64,000 bases of DNA. It comes from Sminthopsis crassicaudata. Taxonomy: Eukaryota. The translations under genes and the position numbers were made by a program. Location of the stretch: positions 528,398,465 to 528,462,464 of the forward strand of contig NC_133618.1 of the NCBI RefSeq assembly GCF_048593235.1, read 5' to 3'. Below, one piece after another: positions 27,540-40,146 of this stretch. Each line of letters begins with the position of its first letter. Position 1 is the stretch's first letter. The notes beneath the pieces are model-generated. The model did not search any database and was not told the DNA's origin. It saw nothing but the letters and a program-made list of their open reading frames with translations.

Positions 27540-28083
27540 CAAACTGTCATTAGATTAATACGTCACGTAAGCATGCTCCACATTAGCAGTACACTCCAAG
27601 ATAAAACCTTTTCTGACTTGCCCATCAACCATCATTTTAACCAATTATCTTCATAAAAGGACTTTTCGAAACATTTTAAAGAATGTGAAAGGATTTCATT
27701 TTAGGGAATTCAAACTTTTTAATAATATCTTTATGTTTTCTTTCTTATGATTACATAAGTAATCTTTATGATTACTTGCTTTACAAGTCACCTCTTTTTT
27801 AGGGAAAAAAAAAAAAAGCCTTTTCCACTTCAAATTTAACCTTCATCAAAACATACATACCCTCTTTTTTTGAAGCTTAATTGTGCTATGAATGGCAAAT
27901 TGACTATTTTAGTAATAGGCTTAACACACACATACAATGTATGTATAACCTATCCTTACACTTTTTTCTATTTCCAAAAGTGTCACTGAGCACACCCAGT
28001 AAGAAATGGTCCAAGATGTTCTTTACCATTATTACTGCTATTATTTTTTTAATGAAAACTTAGAATGAGTGTCTGATTTCATT

Positions 28084-28702
28084 TCAACTTGCTTCCTTTT
28101 CATCTGTCAGATTTACAGTTGTTTCTGTTGTACTAGGACTGTTTTCTCTAGAAATGTCATCTGTTTGCTCAGAAACTACTCCAGTTTCCTCAGCTGGAGA
28201 TTCAATGCTACCTTTCTGAAGAATTTCGGTGGCTTCATGCTCAAGCACCTCAGATGGCGTCAAAGGTTCCAAATGAATACTGCCTTGCTCACTAACATCA
28301 GAACTAATAGATTCAGGTTCATCTCTTTTTCTCAAAAACTGCTCAAAGCTAACATCATTTGATGTCAATTTCAAATTTTTAGTATTCCGTGAAAAAGGCT
28401 TAGCTTCATTGGAGCTGTTAGTTTGATCATTTAAAATTATATTCTCTGAACTTTGGCACATCTTCAATTCAGTTTTGCTATCAATGTTTTTTTGTTGTTC
28501 TTCCATCACCTCTATGACATCATTATTATCTGAAACAGAACTGAAGGAATTCCTTGAGCCCCTATCCTGGGCTACTAGGTTGGGGTCATTTTTCATAGTT
28601 AAAATTGCTGTACTTTCTTCATTCTTTATTGCTGATGAGCCTTTACATGGATTTACATCACATTCTTTTTTGGCTTCCTCTGAAGAAGCATTTTCTTGTT
28701 TG
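28084..28702 (-). CDS. ZNF280D: ZNF280D terminal coding exon (acidic/Ser-rich tail, KQENASSEE...DEKEAS*)
   Basis: Longest ORF in the track (28084..28719, 211 aa). The true exon starts after acceptor ctttgttttacAG (AG at 28703-28704), so the ORF's MALFY start is intronic. TGA at 28084-28086. Confidence 0.95.
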
Positions 28703-28999
28703 CTGTAAAACAAAGCCATTTATTATTTTTCTCTCCAGCAAAGTTTATTGAGGAAAAATGCTAAAAAGAGAAAGATGTACTAATTAGAAGGATCAAGGAA
28801 CGCTTGCATCAAAAATATACTATAAGTTACATAAATAAAATTAACATATTTGACTCCTTGGCACATCAAATTTATAGCTTAGAATGAGAACAATGTTTCA
28901 GGAAATAAAATAAGATGAATCAGTGTCATGTAATAAAGGTACATAAATATAAATAAGGTAAACTACATTTAATATAAGTAATCTCACTTTGAGCAAAGT

Positions 29000-29150
29000 A
29001 GATAAGCAGTGGGCCAGGAGACTGGGAACACATGCTCTAAGTCTGGTTCTTCTGTATTATGAACCAGTCCTGCAAACTTGGACAAACAGCTAAACCCTGC
29101 TGCCTCAGTTTCTTCCTCTGTAAAATGAGGAAAGTGTTTTGTCTAGAACC
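29000..29150 (+). mobile_element. MIR
   Basis: ttggacaaacagctaaaccctgctgcctcagtttcttcctctgtaaaatgagg. Confidence 0.7.
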
Positions 29151-30837
29151 CCTTATAGGTGCCTACAGTTACTTGGGAACCTTCTGAAAGCTATACTATT
29201 TGTAACCAGGAGTAAAACATTCCACTCTGAGACTTGTTGAATAAATAAACTAATGCATCAACTCTCTGCTGGCTATAGCTTAGACAGTTATGCTTAAAGC
29301 CATGATTTTGAGTGGCTTTTCAATTATACTGAACTTTTGTGTTCTACAAAAAAAGAAAAATTAAAATTAAAAATTAAAAAAAATGTTGCTAGTCATATGC
29401 CGTTTGCAACTATGTCAAAAATGAAAGGAAACAAACTTTTGCCTTGTATTTTCCTAACTTAAATGTTCCCTTTGGATAAACAGGGGCCATACTCTACCTT
29501 ATTCCAACTAGGTTATAAATAAAAACCTAGTAAGGCCTATGTCCAGTGTTATTTTTCTGTGTATATCTGTGGCTTTTCCCCCCTTGCAAAGAAAAATATA
29601 AAGGCACTGAGCATATGAGTATATGTCTATATTCAAGACTAATACCATACTACACTGGACATTCATCCTCTCTATTACAATTTCTATGTCAGTATACTGA
29701 GAACTTAATTTTTCACACTAATAAGAATATATGTAGGATCCCATTAAATCAACTATCATGATAGCAAAAATCTCTGTAAAAGCAGAAACTTCTTCTAAGT
29801 CCCTGTTAAGGGACTATTTCAAAGAATATGTTCAAAGAAAAACAATAAACTGTCCCTTGAAATTAGCAATAATGGTATTTAAACTTTAACAGTGATCATT
29901 CTGTCTAAACTTACGCTACCTTGTTTTACTTTCCTCTTAGTATCAACTCTCTTAAAAAGATTTAATTAACATGAATTTAAAAATAGAAATGAGAATTTTT
30001 GTCTACATATTAACAACTAGCAACAGAGAAAGAACTAAGGTAATTTTACCAGTGAAGTTTCTTTGAAAAATGTAAAGTGTGTTATTACAGAATTCATTTT
30101 AAAAAACCAAAAATAATGTTCAAGCAACCTACTATAACATATATTATAAAAGTAAAGGAGAAATAGAAACACTTTCTTTTAAAAAGGTAAAAAAATTCAT
30201 CTTTGTTTAGTATTGAATTCTATTAGTAATGTTACGATTCTAATTCGAAAACAGGGTTTTGGAAAATTCTACATATTTGATGATTTATGCCCTCTTCTAC
30301 TTTCCATTTGTATATATTTTAAAAAACAGATATCTATATTCATTGAATGTTAGCGTATTGAAGCTTATTATCAAATTTCAAATATATACCTATAGCTTTA
30401 TAAACAAAGAAATGATTTCTAGAAAATATCTAAAATGCAATACTGTTTCAATGATGTGCATCAAACAGTGTTAAACTTGATCTTTTCTTTCATCTGGGGG
30501 AACTAAAAAATTACTGAAGTTAACTACTAATTAAGAAGATTAAAAAAAGATTTTAAAATGATTTAGCAGAATGCGTTAGCAGTCTCTGTCTTTCTAATTT
30601 TGAAATTTAATTATAAAATGTATAATAAATGTACAAAACAAAACAATTTGAAGCTCAAGATTTTATTTCACTTCTTGTTGAATAAACATTATTTTAAAAT
30701 TATATTCTACAATAAAAAAGCATCAGTACACAAATAATTTGTAAATATTCCCTGGCCAATTACCTGTGAAATAACACAGCCCAAGTGTTATTTTATGTAC
30801 TTGAATTTCAAGAGATGCAGCTGTTCCTTATATTTAC

Positions 30838-30893
30838 CTTTCAGAAGTTGATGTTTCTGTTTTTCCTTCAGACATATTAGGTCTTGAATTTTT
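30838..30893 (-). CDS. ZNF280D: ZNF280D coding exon, 56 nt: KNSRPNMSEGKTETSTSE(S)
   Basis: Acceptor attaatcattacAG and donor AAG|GTAAAT; phase 0 in and phase 2 out fits the last exon; resembles the recalled human RPNMAERETETSNSES. Confidence 0.88.
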
Positions 30894-32479
30894 CTGTAAT
30901 GATTAATGATATTTTTCCTTATGTTCATGACTAAACTAGTAAGTAATAATGTAACTCAGAATACAATCTATTTTTATTATGCCAAACTAGATACCAGGAA
31001 CTTAGTGTGTAGCTTAAGATACTAATAACTTAGGGAAAATTTTAACATCAAATTTCCAAATATAAAGTTGACTGACAATAGAGAACTCTATATCAGGCAC
31101 TGGAAAGTTCTACAAAATTTAAAGTATGAGTTTTTAATGTGGTCAAACAAATGGTTATCAATTTCTAGGGATCAAAAAGCTTCTGGTAAAAGGCAGGGTG
31201 CAGAAATGTTTTTAAGTTACCTCATTCACTGCCTGCTCTCCCAAAACTATCCAAGAAACATGGACTAAAATGACAATTAATCAGACTGTAGGCTAACATA
31301 TTGAAAACTGAATATGAATGCTTGTTGAATTAATCAAGAAAAATATATTAAAAATTATTTATACAAAACATTTCAGAAATAATTCAAAATTCAACATTCA
31401 CAAGCCACTCAATTAATGGTCTCTCTTATTCCTCAAATTACGTTGAATTATTTACCCATGCGTGCACATGGTATGCCCCCTCCCCTGGAAAAGAGCAAGA
31501 TATGTTTCACTTTTGCCTTTATATCTATAGTTTCCAGCATAGATCTTATACATGTTAAATGCTAAATATTTACTGAATTTAATCCCTCCAGTGAAAGAAA
31601 ATACACATAATCTTGGACGGGGAAGGGAAATCAAGGTCATCTTTGTGAAATGAAGTTCTAAAAAAGCCCTAAATCCCGTCTATTATTCATCAGAGATAAG
31701 TCTTTCAGAGTCCTCATACATAGCTGAAATAGGAACCCCCTCTCCCACATAAAACAGACTTTGGCAATAAAAAAGAAATTTTTAGCAAGTAATAACAAAA
31801 ATTGTTAGGGGGGAAAAGATCCAAAGATCACACAAAAATATTGTGACTGAGAAATCAACAAAGTTTACCAAACAGAACTAAAAGAACATTAATGTCTGGC
31901 AATGTTGGTATAATTCTAATTTTTCACATGAGAGCTGAAAATATGTAAGAAGTTACTAGAGACAGTGGAATAGACTTAATTATACTCAAAAATGTTTATT
32001 AAGATAACTGCCTTTATGGAGCTTTTATAGCCTAATAAAGCAAAATAAAAATAGTTAAATAGAAGGAAAGAAAGAAGTAAGAGAGTGATTAGTGGTGGGA
32101 GTTGGAGGCGTTGCAGGCAGTGAGGTGTGGTCCTAGTATGTCTTAATAACATAGAAACTACCAAGGTTGGCAGAGCATATTCCTCTAGACAAGTCTTCTT
32201 TTCTCCTGCCTTTCAACACCCTTCCATCATTCTAATCTTCTCTTTAAGAAATAATTCTCTATGCCTAGACTCTTTCATGTAAGAAGACCCTGACTATTCT
32301 TATATATCACTCAATTACCTGCATAGTGCCTACACATAATAGATACTTACTATATGTTTGCTAACTGATCATGCCCTGATGCATGGTGAAGCTGCTCAAG
32401 GACCCAGGTGTCCCAAATCATTGAACTCAAAAGATGTAGCAAAAACTTAATGTAATAATGTAATGATCTGGTTCCAACT

Positions 32480-34650
32480 TCTTATATGAACATCTAATGC
32501 TTCCTCTTGTCACAGAAAAGAGAGGACCATGCCTGAGGGTTCCGAAACATCTATGGTTGCATTTCTTTCCCACCATTCTCCAATCCTGTTTAGAGATGCT
32601 CTATTATTGTGTTTATGTCCTCTCTTCCATTAAATGCTTCCCCCTGAAGCTACTCTGTAAGCCACAGAAATCTTCCCTTCTGAGAGTTATGATGTATCGA
32701 ATAAAGGCTGATTGCTTTTCAGCACAGAATGATCAGTCTAATTGTTTTGTGAAGTCCTGTTTGAGAATTTAATTTACTGTGGTATAATGGAAAAGGGGAC
32801 TTTTTTAGAACAAGGTCAAACATTAACATGGGGTACTAGGATCAATAATGGAACTGGATTTTAAAGGCCCTGAATATTTTTTTGGACAACCACAAGTAAG
32901 GCATCAAATTTATCCTGCCCTTCTCCATATCTGTAGTGTGAGTGTAATGAGGATAAAGTAAACTATCTTTGCTTTCAAGCAGAATCCTATAAAGAAATTA
33001 TACTTCCTGATAAAGAGCTTACCAGAATGCCATGAACAGTAAGGTGGTCATTGACTACTGAATCTAGATTATAGCAATCCGCAAAATAATGAAAATGGCA
33101 CTTAGTTTCAATAATGATTATGGCACAGTGCCAAAAATAGAGCAAGGAACGTGTTTATCACAGTTTTAAAGCAACCCCTGAATATTCATTTAACTGACTA
33201 TACTCTAAAAGTAGAAACTTTGATAATTGACTAAGGAAACCACAAGAAAATGAGTCAAAAGAAACTAGAGGAAAATATAGTTAAATAAAAGGATGGTTCA
33301 CAGGCTCAACTTCAGGAAGCAAATGAAAAAGTTGGTGAAATGCAATTTTTTGGCACACTTGGTTATTTCATACTGTAGTGTCCATATTTTAGCAACTGCA
33401 AGACCAGCATAAAGACATTTTATCAATTTATGTGACACCTATTACAGAGAATGAGGAAGAAGAAAAATTCCATTATTCTTCTGGCTTAACTCATTTTCCA
33501 GGTTTTTTCATCTCTTAAACCACTTTCTTACCCTAAAGCATGCTTTGATTAGTGACTCCCAGGAAAGAGAAAAGCAGCCCCACAATACTTGTGAAGAAAC
33601 ACAATTCTGAGAGAGCTCCTAAGAAAAAGATGTCTCTCAAAGAAAAAAAAAAAAAAAAAAAAACTTTTTGAAGGCAAAGATAAAAGGCCTTATTTTCCAT
33701 CAGATTATTTAGATGTGACTGGGGTAGAGAATTAAAAGTAACAGCTGGAAACTCTGATAACTTAAGGGTGGTGTTGTTTTGATTTTTTAAAAATAATAAT
33801 GGGATGATTATATACTAATAAAGCAGAAGTCAATCAAGAAGCAGTGGGAACCAAAGTAATTAAAAAAAAAAAATCAATAATATTGCCATTTTTAATCTGT
33901 TCCCTGTTGGAGCTGAGGATAAAAATGAATCCCAAATAAAAAGAATAAAAATATAAAGAGCTGGTACTCAATCAAGGAAATTCCAACTTGCCCTAATTAT
34001 ACAAACTGTTGATGCTAAGGAATGGAAACTGAATAAGTCAATAGACAGATTCAGGCTAACATTTTCTAAGGAAGTTTCACTAAAGCTTAACCACTACAAC
34101 TAAACAAGTCAAAGTAACATATGCATATGGTTTAGAAAACAGTCATTTGTCAAAAATTACAGGAATATGGTAGAAAATTTTGAGACAAAGTAGCAAAAAA
34201 GGTAACAAAGGAAAAAACTTTACAGACAGTATAAAGGCAATGTGATGGAACCAAATCATTGTAAGGACATTAAAGTAAGAAAACTAAAAGGAGAAAAAAA
34301 AGGTTAAGAGACCGTTGGCCCTGATCTGAGGGAAGTAAAATTTTGATTCTATATGAAAATGAATGGATTTTTATCTGTAAGGAATGAATGACTACAATAG
34401 CAAATGAAATCATAGTTTCACTGAAATGACAGTATACCTAATTCAAGAGGAAACTGGACTTTGAGCTGACAGTCTCCCTGTTTTCCCTGAACAAGGAAAA
34501 TAAAAAATCCCTAAATGTCTCTAAAATAAAATTCTTTTGGTTTGTCCACTTGATTCTTTCAGGCCTACTACACACTATTTCCTATCCTGAACTCGACATT
34601 CCAGCAAAATTTGCTCTTCTCTGATCCTACCACTGGTGCAGATAAAAAAA
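32480..34650 (+). mobile_element. Possible decayed ERV (LTR-like segment followed by gag-like internal sequence)
   Basis: LTR-like CT-rich block with AATAAA at about 32700. A-rich coding-like relic follows with stops, e.g. KKMSQKKLEENIVK*KDGSQAQLQEANEKVGEMQF at about 33244-33350. No intact domain seen. Confidence 0.35.
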
Positions 34651-34719
34651 AAAAAAGTTCCTCTATGAATCCAGAGATAACAAAAGAGCACCATGTCACC
34701 TCTTACCACTCTTGAGACC

Positions 34720-34900
34720 TTATCATAATAATAGGTAGTATTTATATAGCACTTTACAAATACTATTTAATTTTATTCTTGTAACCACTCTAGAAGGTAG
34801 GTGCTATTATTATCTCCATTTTACAGAGGAAAAAATTGAGGCTGTGCAGTTAATAAGTATCTGGAGCTAAATTTGAACTCGAGGGTTCCTAATGTCAAGT
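34720..34900 (-). mobile_element. MIR
   Basis: gtagtatttatatagcacttt...aaggtaggtgctattattatctccattttacagaggaaaaaattgaggc. Confidence 0.75.
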
Positions 34901-35459
34901 GTAATGCTCACTCTATTGACTAAACCAATAACTTGAGGAGATTCACATTCTGCTTTCATAAGCAAATGCTCTGATAGTGCAGTACTATAACTAGATAATT
35001 ACTAGGGCCAGTAAAAAATGGGTTCTTTCTCCCAAACAGAATAGTCAATCTTTACCATATTTTTTCTAAGAAGTAACTCTAGAAATCTGGTATAGCAGTC
35101 AGCATCAATGAATAAACTGAAGAAACATAAAGTGAATAATCATGGAAACTATCAGAATAGAAACTTTTAATTACTTAAACATTAAGAGAAAGAAAAAAGA
35201 AAGGAGGGAAAGTATGGGGACTATCTATATTCCCAAGGATACAAGTAGCCAGAAATTCTGTCCTGATCAAGTAAAAAGCTCTAGGCAATGTAATTTGTAA
35301 TTCTCTCCCATAAAAGAAATTTGATAGATATTAAAAGCAAAAATCCAACAACAGCAACAAACAAAAAACTCAACCCAAAACCATAAGATTGTCCAAAAGA
35401 AAATTCTACAAGCTTAGTGTTTAGGTAAAATCTGAAACACCTATATTGGCTGAGACAGC

Positions 35460-36230
35460 AAAATCAACCAATGAAGAAGCATTTACTAAGGGCCTACTTG
35501 TGATACAAAGTGATATTAGAAACAATTCCTAAGAATATAAATAAATATGTGTGGAAGAAATATGAGGTAAAAAAAATTTAAAAGCTATCATTCCAAAAGC
35601 AGTTTGAAGGATCAGGAAAAGATTACAAATAGAAAATGGTACTTGAGTTTCATCCTGAAGAAAAGAATTCTATGAAATAGAAGTGAGAAATAGTACACTG
35701 CAGGCACGGGGCACTACAAAGGTATAGAGTGTTATGTATGGGGAAGATAGACAATGCTAGTTGAGCAGAGATAATGTCCAATAAGGCTGGAAAGATAGGT
35801 TTGGGCTATTCTGTGAAAAACTTAAAAGATTAATATAGGGTTAGGGAGGATGTATTTAAATCCAAAGCAAAGACTGGAATTGACAGAGAGTAAAATGATC
35901 AGATATATACTCAAGGAAAAGTACTTTTGCAAGTACTATAGAAATTAAAACTGGAATTGAGAACAGCATTGAAGCAGGAAAACCAATTAGGAGGGTGTTG
36001 CAAAATAATCTAGGCAAGAGGTAAAGAAGATATAACTAAGGTGGCAGATAGTGAAAAGAAAGTGTCAACTGTATGAGATCTTGTAAAGGCAGAAATGAAG
36101 AAAATCAGGCAACTAATTAGATAAATGGGAGTTAGGTAGAATAAAGATTGTATTACACGAATGTCACATACTTAGAACATCAAAAGAATGTTGAATTCTT
36201 TGACAGAAAGAGGGAGCTGTATAAAAGGAA
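35460..36230 (-). mobile_element. L2 fragment
   Basis: caaccaatgaagaagcatttactaagggcctacttgtg followed by a purine-rich antisense L2 body. Confidence 0.65.
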
Positions 36231-36639
36231 AAAAGCTCAGAGGAAAGACTGGCCAGCCATTTAATCTAATTCACAGCTGAACAATTTTTCCAACATACTA
36301 TATCCTGCCTTTGATTTTAAGTGAGGTGTAGAATGTGGCAACCAGGAGGAGCATGTCAGGTGCTTTTCCTTAATGTCTTTAATTTTCCTTTAATTTTCTT
36401 TGTTACATACAAGTTATAAATTGAGGGACTTGGTGGGGGTGATGGCAAGGAGCGGGGAATGAGTGGTGAGGAATACTCAAGAAAATGATTGCAGTATAAA
36501 AAAAACCAAAAGGTATCAATAATTAAAAAATAAACTTATAGTGTCAGGGTGACAAATACATTCAAATTTTTTTTTTTTATGAGGTACTTGATTCCCTTAG
36601 AAAAAATAATTTCTCAAAAATCTTTTAAGATTCAGTATT

Positions 36640-36780
36640 TTTATCCCCGTTTTTATTTTATGAGATAACATGGCATTAAGTGACTTGTCCAGGGTAATAG
36701 AAGTAGGAAGTATTAAATATCTGAGGCCACATTTGAACTTCAGTCTTTTTGATTTCAGGGCCAGTGCTCTATCTGCCCCT
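36640..36780 (-). mobile_element. Older WSINE1/MAR-type SINE
   Basis: ttaagtgacttgtccagggt...tctgaggccacatttgaacttcag...cagggccagtgctctatc. Confidence 0.7.
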
Positions 36781-37919
36781 GATTTATTCAGTATTTCTAA
36801 AACAGCAAAGAAATGTCTTTAGAGAAGTATTAGAAGGCTTGTATAAACCCATGCAGTACATAAGGAGAATAACATATACAATAATATCTTAAAAGAACTC
36901 TATTCAATTCAATAACCAACTACAATTGCAGAGGACAGCTACCCACTTTGCATAGATAGATGTGGGTCACAGCAGAAGACACATTTTCTGACCTTGACAC
37001 TAGGATGGAGTTAAGAGTGGGTGGGAGGAGGTGGGGGGGAGAGCAAATGAGGAAAGAATTCCACTCCTTCCCAAAGAAGAGGATAGAGGGATTCTCAATC
37101 AACTGTTTTAAAAATAGCCTGCTGAATTTACATTTTTAAAAAAGCTAACTATACATAATAATCACAATGAGTTCCACAACCCTCTTTCCACATACCATGA
37201 ATACAGAAGTGAGCATTTTATTAGCTCTTTTAGAAGAATTTCTCCCCCTCCCCCCAAAATGTGGTTAGTGGCTTTTGACAAAGTACTCTATACCTCTCTG
37301 GGCTTCAATTTCTAAAATGAAAAGGTTGAATCCAATGATTCCTAAGGTCCCTTCCAGTTAAATCTGTGCTGCTACATGAACCAGTTATTTTAAAAATACA
37401 GTCTATTTGGCACAATTATTTGAGGAAGGTATATTTTAATCACATGAAGTGACATGAATTCAGCAATTAGAAATATCAGGTTTCAATGTCTGATTTCAGT
37501 GTCTAAGAGGAAAGAGCATAAAGTTATCAGTTTTACTGATCAGGAAAGAATGGAACCTTCATGAAATTCCAATAAAGCTAAAGATTCACAGGTTCTATTT
37601 CATAAGCTAAAAATGATTTTTATATCATATAGATTTGATCTGCTTTATTTTCACATGATTGGCCAGTAAGGACAATAAATTTCAACTTCTAAATACTGAA
37701 AGCAATGTGGGATCTAAATATTTCAATAATTTGCCATCTAATCTTAGGTAAAACCATTTCTCCAAGTCACAACTCATTTGCAAAATGAACACATTATATA
37801 AATGATCTTTAAGGTCCCTATGCCTCTGGAGGGTTATAAAACAATATTTGTGAAGGGTTACACAAATTTGGTAAATTTTTATCTTGCAAAAAGAGAAAAT
37901 CAAGTTTTATGAGAAAGTT

Positions 37920-39260
37920 GGGTAACATTTAACAAGTACCTACTGTGTGCTAGGCACAATCTTAAGTCCCATGGATAAAAAGAAAGCAGAAAAGAAAGCT
38001 TCAAGAAACTTAACAGTTTAGGAGAAGGTAATACACAAACAACTTTGTAGAAATAAAATATATAGGCATTAAACTGGAAATAACAAGGGAATATGGGAAT
38101 GGCTTCTTACAGAGGGTGGGACTTTATTTAACACTTGAAAGAAACCAGTGTGATATACAAAATGTTTGAGATATGTAGTTTCTGGGTAATTAATCATGCT
38201 AACAAGAATTTCATTATTATTTGTTTTTTTTTTTTTAATCACACTTACAATAATTAACAAAAGCAGCCAGTGACACTCTTGAATGCCAGACTCTTTATTG
38301 AACCCACTCAAAAACTTACATATCCTTGGAAAGTGGGTATTCCTGAGGATGGCAATCAACTGATTTGTTCACAAGTAATGAGAGAGAATAAATATTATAA
38401 TGAGACATGTATTTTACTAAGAGTCTAATAGATATGACTTCAATTGCTTAGATCTATCAGACTAGAACACAATGGACCAAATTTCACTCAGATTATTAGA
38501 TTAAATTCTTTGTAACATTCTCTAGGTGAGTGAGGTCTCACACTCAGGATCAGGAGACATGTGTGCCCTAAAGATTTGAGCAATCTTATCCATTAACAAT
38601 GTCCTTCAGAGACTGAAAAATCTACAGGCTTCTGAAAAAAATCCTGGTCGTCCTAATTTAATAATTGATGTAAATTTAAGAGAGAAACAAACATTTCTCT
38701 CAAGAGATCAGTTAGGAAGTAGAAATGAGGAGAGATAGGAGATGTAAACATGGGGGGGCAGTCAGTGAAACCACACAGAGTTAAGAGATGGAAGTATCTT
38801 GTGTGAGAAAAGCATGAAGGCTTAGTATCATTGGATCTGAGAATGAGTAAAAGGTATACAAAGAATGGAAAAGGTAAGAAGCGAACAATTTACTAAGGGT
38901 TTAGTAAACCAAAGAGAGGATTTTATATTTAATTCTGGCAAAGGGAAGCCAACGGAATTAAGTAAAAAAGTGGGGGTAAAGCGGTTAATGTGTGCAAAGA
39001 AGGAAGAGACTTAGTCAGATTTGTGACTCAGGAAGATCAACCTGACAAGAGTATTTGATGGACTGAAGAAGAGAGGGACTTGAAAAAAGAAAAAGAGGAA
39101 CCAGAAGGATATTTCCATAGTCTAGATGTGAAGTTGTAGCCTTGCACCAAATGCCAGGGGGGGAAAAGGCAAAAGATAATATGCAGGAACAAACAACTGG
39201 ACTTGAGTGAAGAGTCAAGAATGACATCTAGGTCCCAACCCTTGTTTCCAGAAGCAAAGG
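37920..39260 (-). mobile_element. L2 fragments (interrupted by unique sequence at about 38200-38690)
   Basis: catttaacaagtacctactgtgtgctaggcac L2 3' end and gaccaaatgcc-type purine-rich body. Confidence 0.55.
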
Positions 39261-39991
39261 TGGTTAGACCAAGGCAAACTTTTTTACTTTTGCATTTTAG
39301 CTTGATTTATATTTCTTTAATGTATAATCTGTTTTAGTATGGACTTGATAGATTATAAATCATAATAGGATGAAAAATGGATTTTAATATGAACCTATTT
39401 GGAACTATTTAATTCTTAAGGCATGAAAATTGAAAACCAAGAACATACTGACCAGACTTACAGGGAAATGGGAGTTATAGAGAGGTGAAATTGGGGTGTG
39501 ATTTTTTTTTTTTTTTGGTTTTCTCCTGTCTGCTCTCTCTAGCTAACTGAGGTACTGCATGGTTATAAATAATAAGCCAAAGAATTTAGTTATTATCACT
39601 GAAAAAATGTTGTTATATTAAAGGAAATTGATATTTAACATTTAAGCATCTGCAGTAACATTTAACAATGGGAAAACTTTATACATGTCCTTACAACTTA
39701 TTTTATTTGCCCATGAAAACAGTAAAATGATACAAAAAACCTTTTAATAGTCAGTGGGGAAAATGTTTAGATTCTTTAAATATTTTCCTTACATAATTTT
39801 CCTTACAAATTGTCAAAATTTCTCTATATTGTTAAGAAATTACTTTAAATATATTCAGATTTTTTTTCTTGAACTGCCAACTTGACTATGCTTTCCACAA
39901 GGTGTGAAAGCATTTCATTTCACCAAATAATGAACGAAGAAAGATAAGCTCAAGTTTCTGTCTATAGTCCTTCACCGAGAATTTCAAGAAA

Positions 39992-40146
39992 GGGGGCAGC
40001 TAGGTGGTGCAGTGGATAAAGCACCAGCCTTGAATTCAGGAGGACCTGAGTTCAAATCTTATCTCAGACACTTAATACTTCCTAGCTGTGTGATCCTGGG
40101 CAAGTCACTTAACCCCAGCCTCAGGGGGGGGGGGGGGGGGAAGAAT
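39992..40146 (+). mobile_element. Young WSINE1-like SINE with G17 tail, 11-bp TSD
   Basis: TSD atttcaagaaa at 39981-39991 and 40147-40157; G run at 40124-40140. Confidence 0.93.

Larger units (their letters stand above)
26800..28083 (-). other. ZNF280D: ZNF280D 3' UTR (distal end approximate)
   Basis: Repeat-free AT-rich sequence after the stop. Minus-strand AATAAA at 27534-27539 and ATTAAA at 26841-26846. An L1 3' fragment lies just beyond. Confidence 0.65.

Noticed and set aside
28069-28708. Plus-strand ORFs 28069..28362 and 28475..28708
   Set aside because: Antisense shadows of the real coding exon, with TTG/GTG starts and no independent support.
28703-28719. Start of the 211-aa ORF (MALFY) as a standalone single-exon gene
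   Set aside because: This stretch is the polypyrimidine tract and AG acceptor of the ZNF280D last exon; the frame continues from upstream exons.
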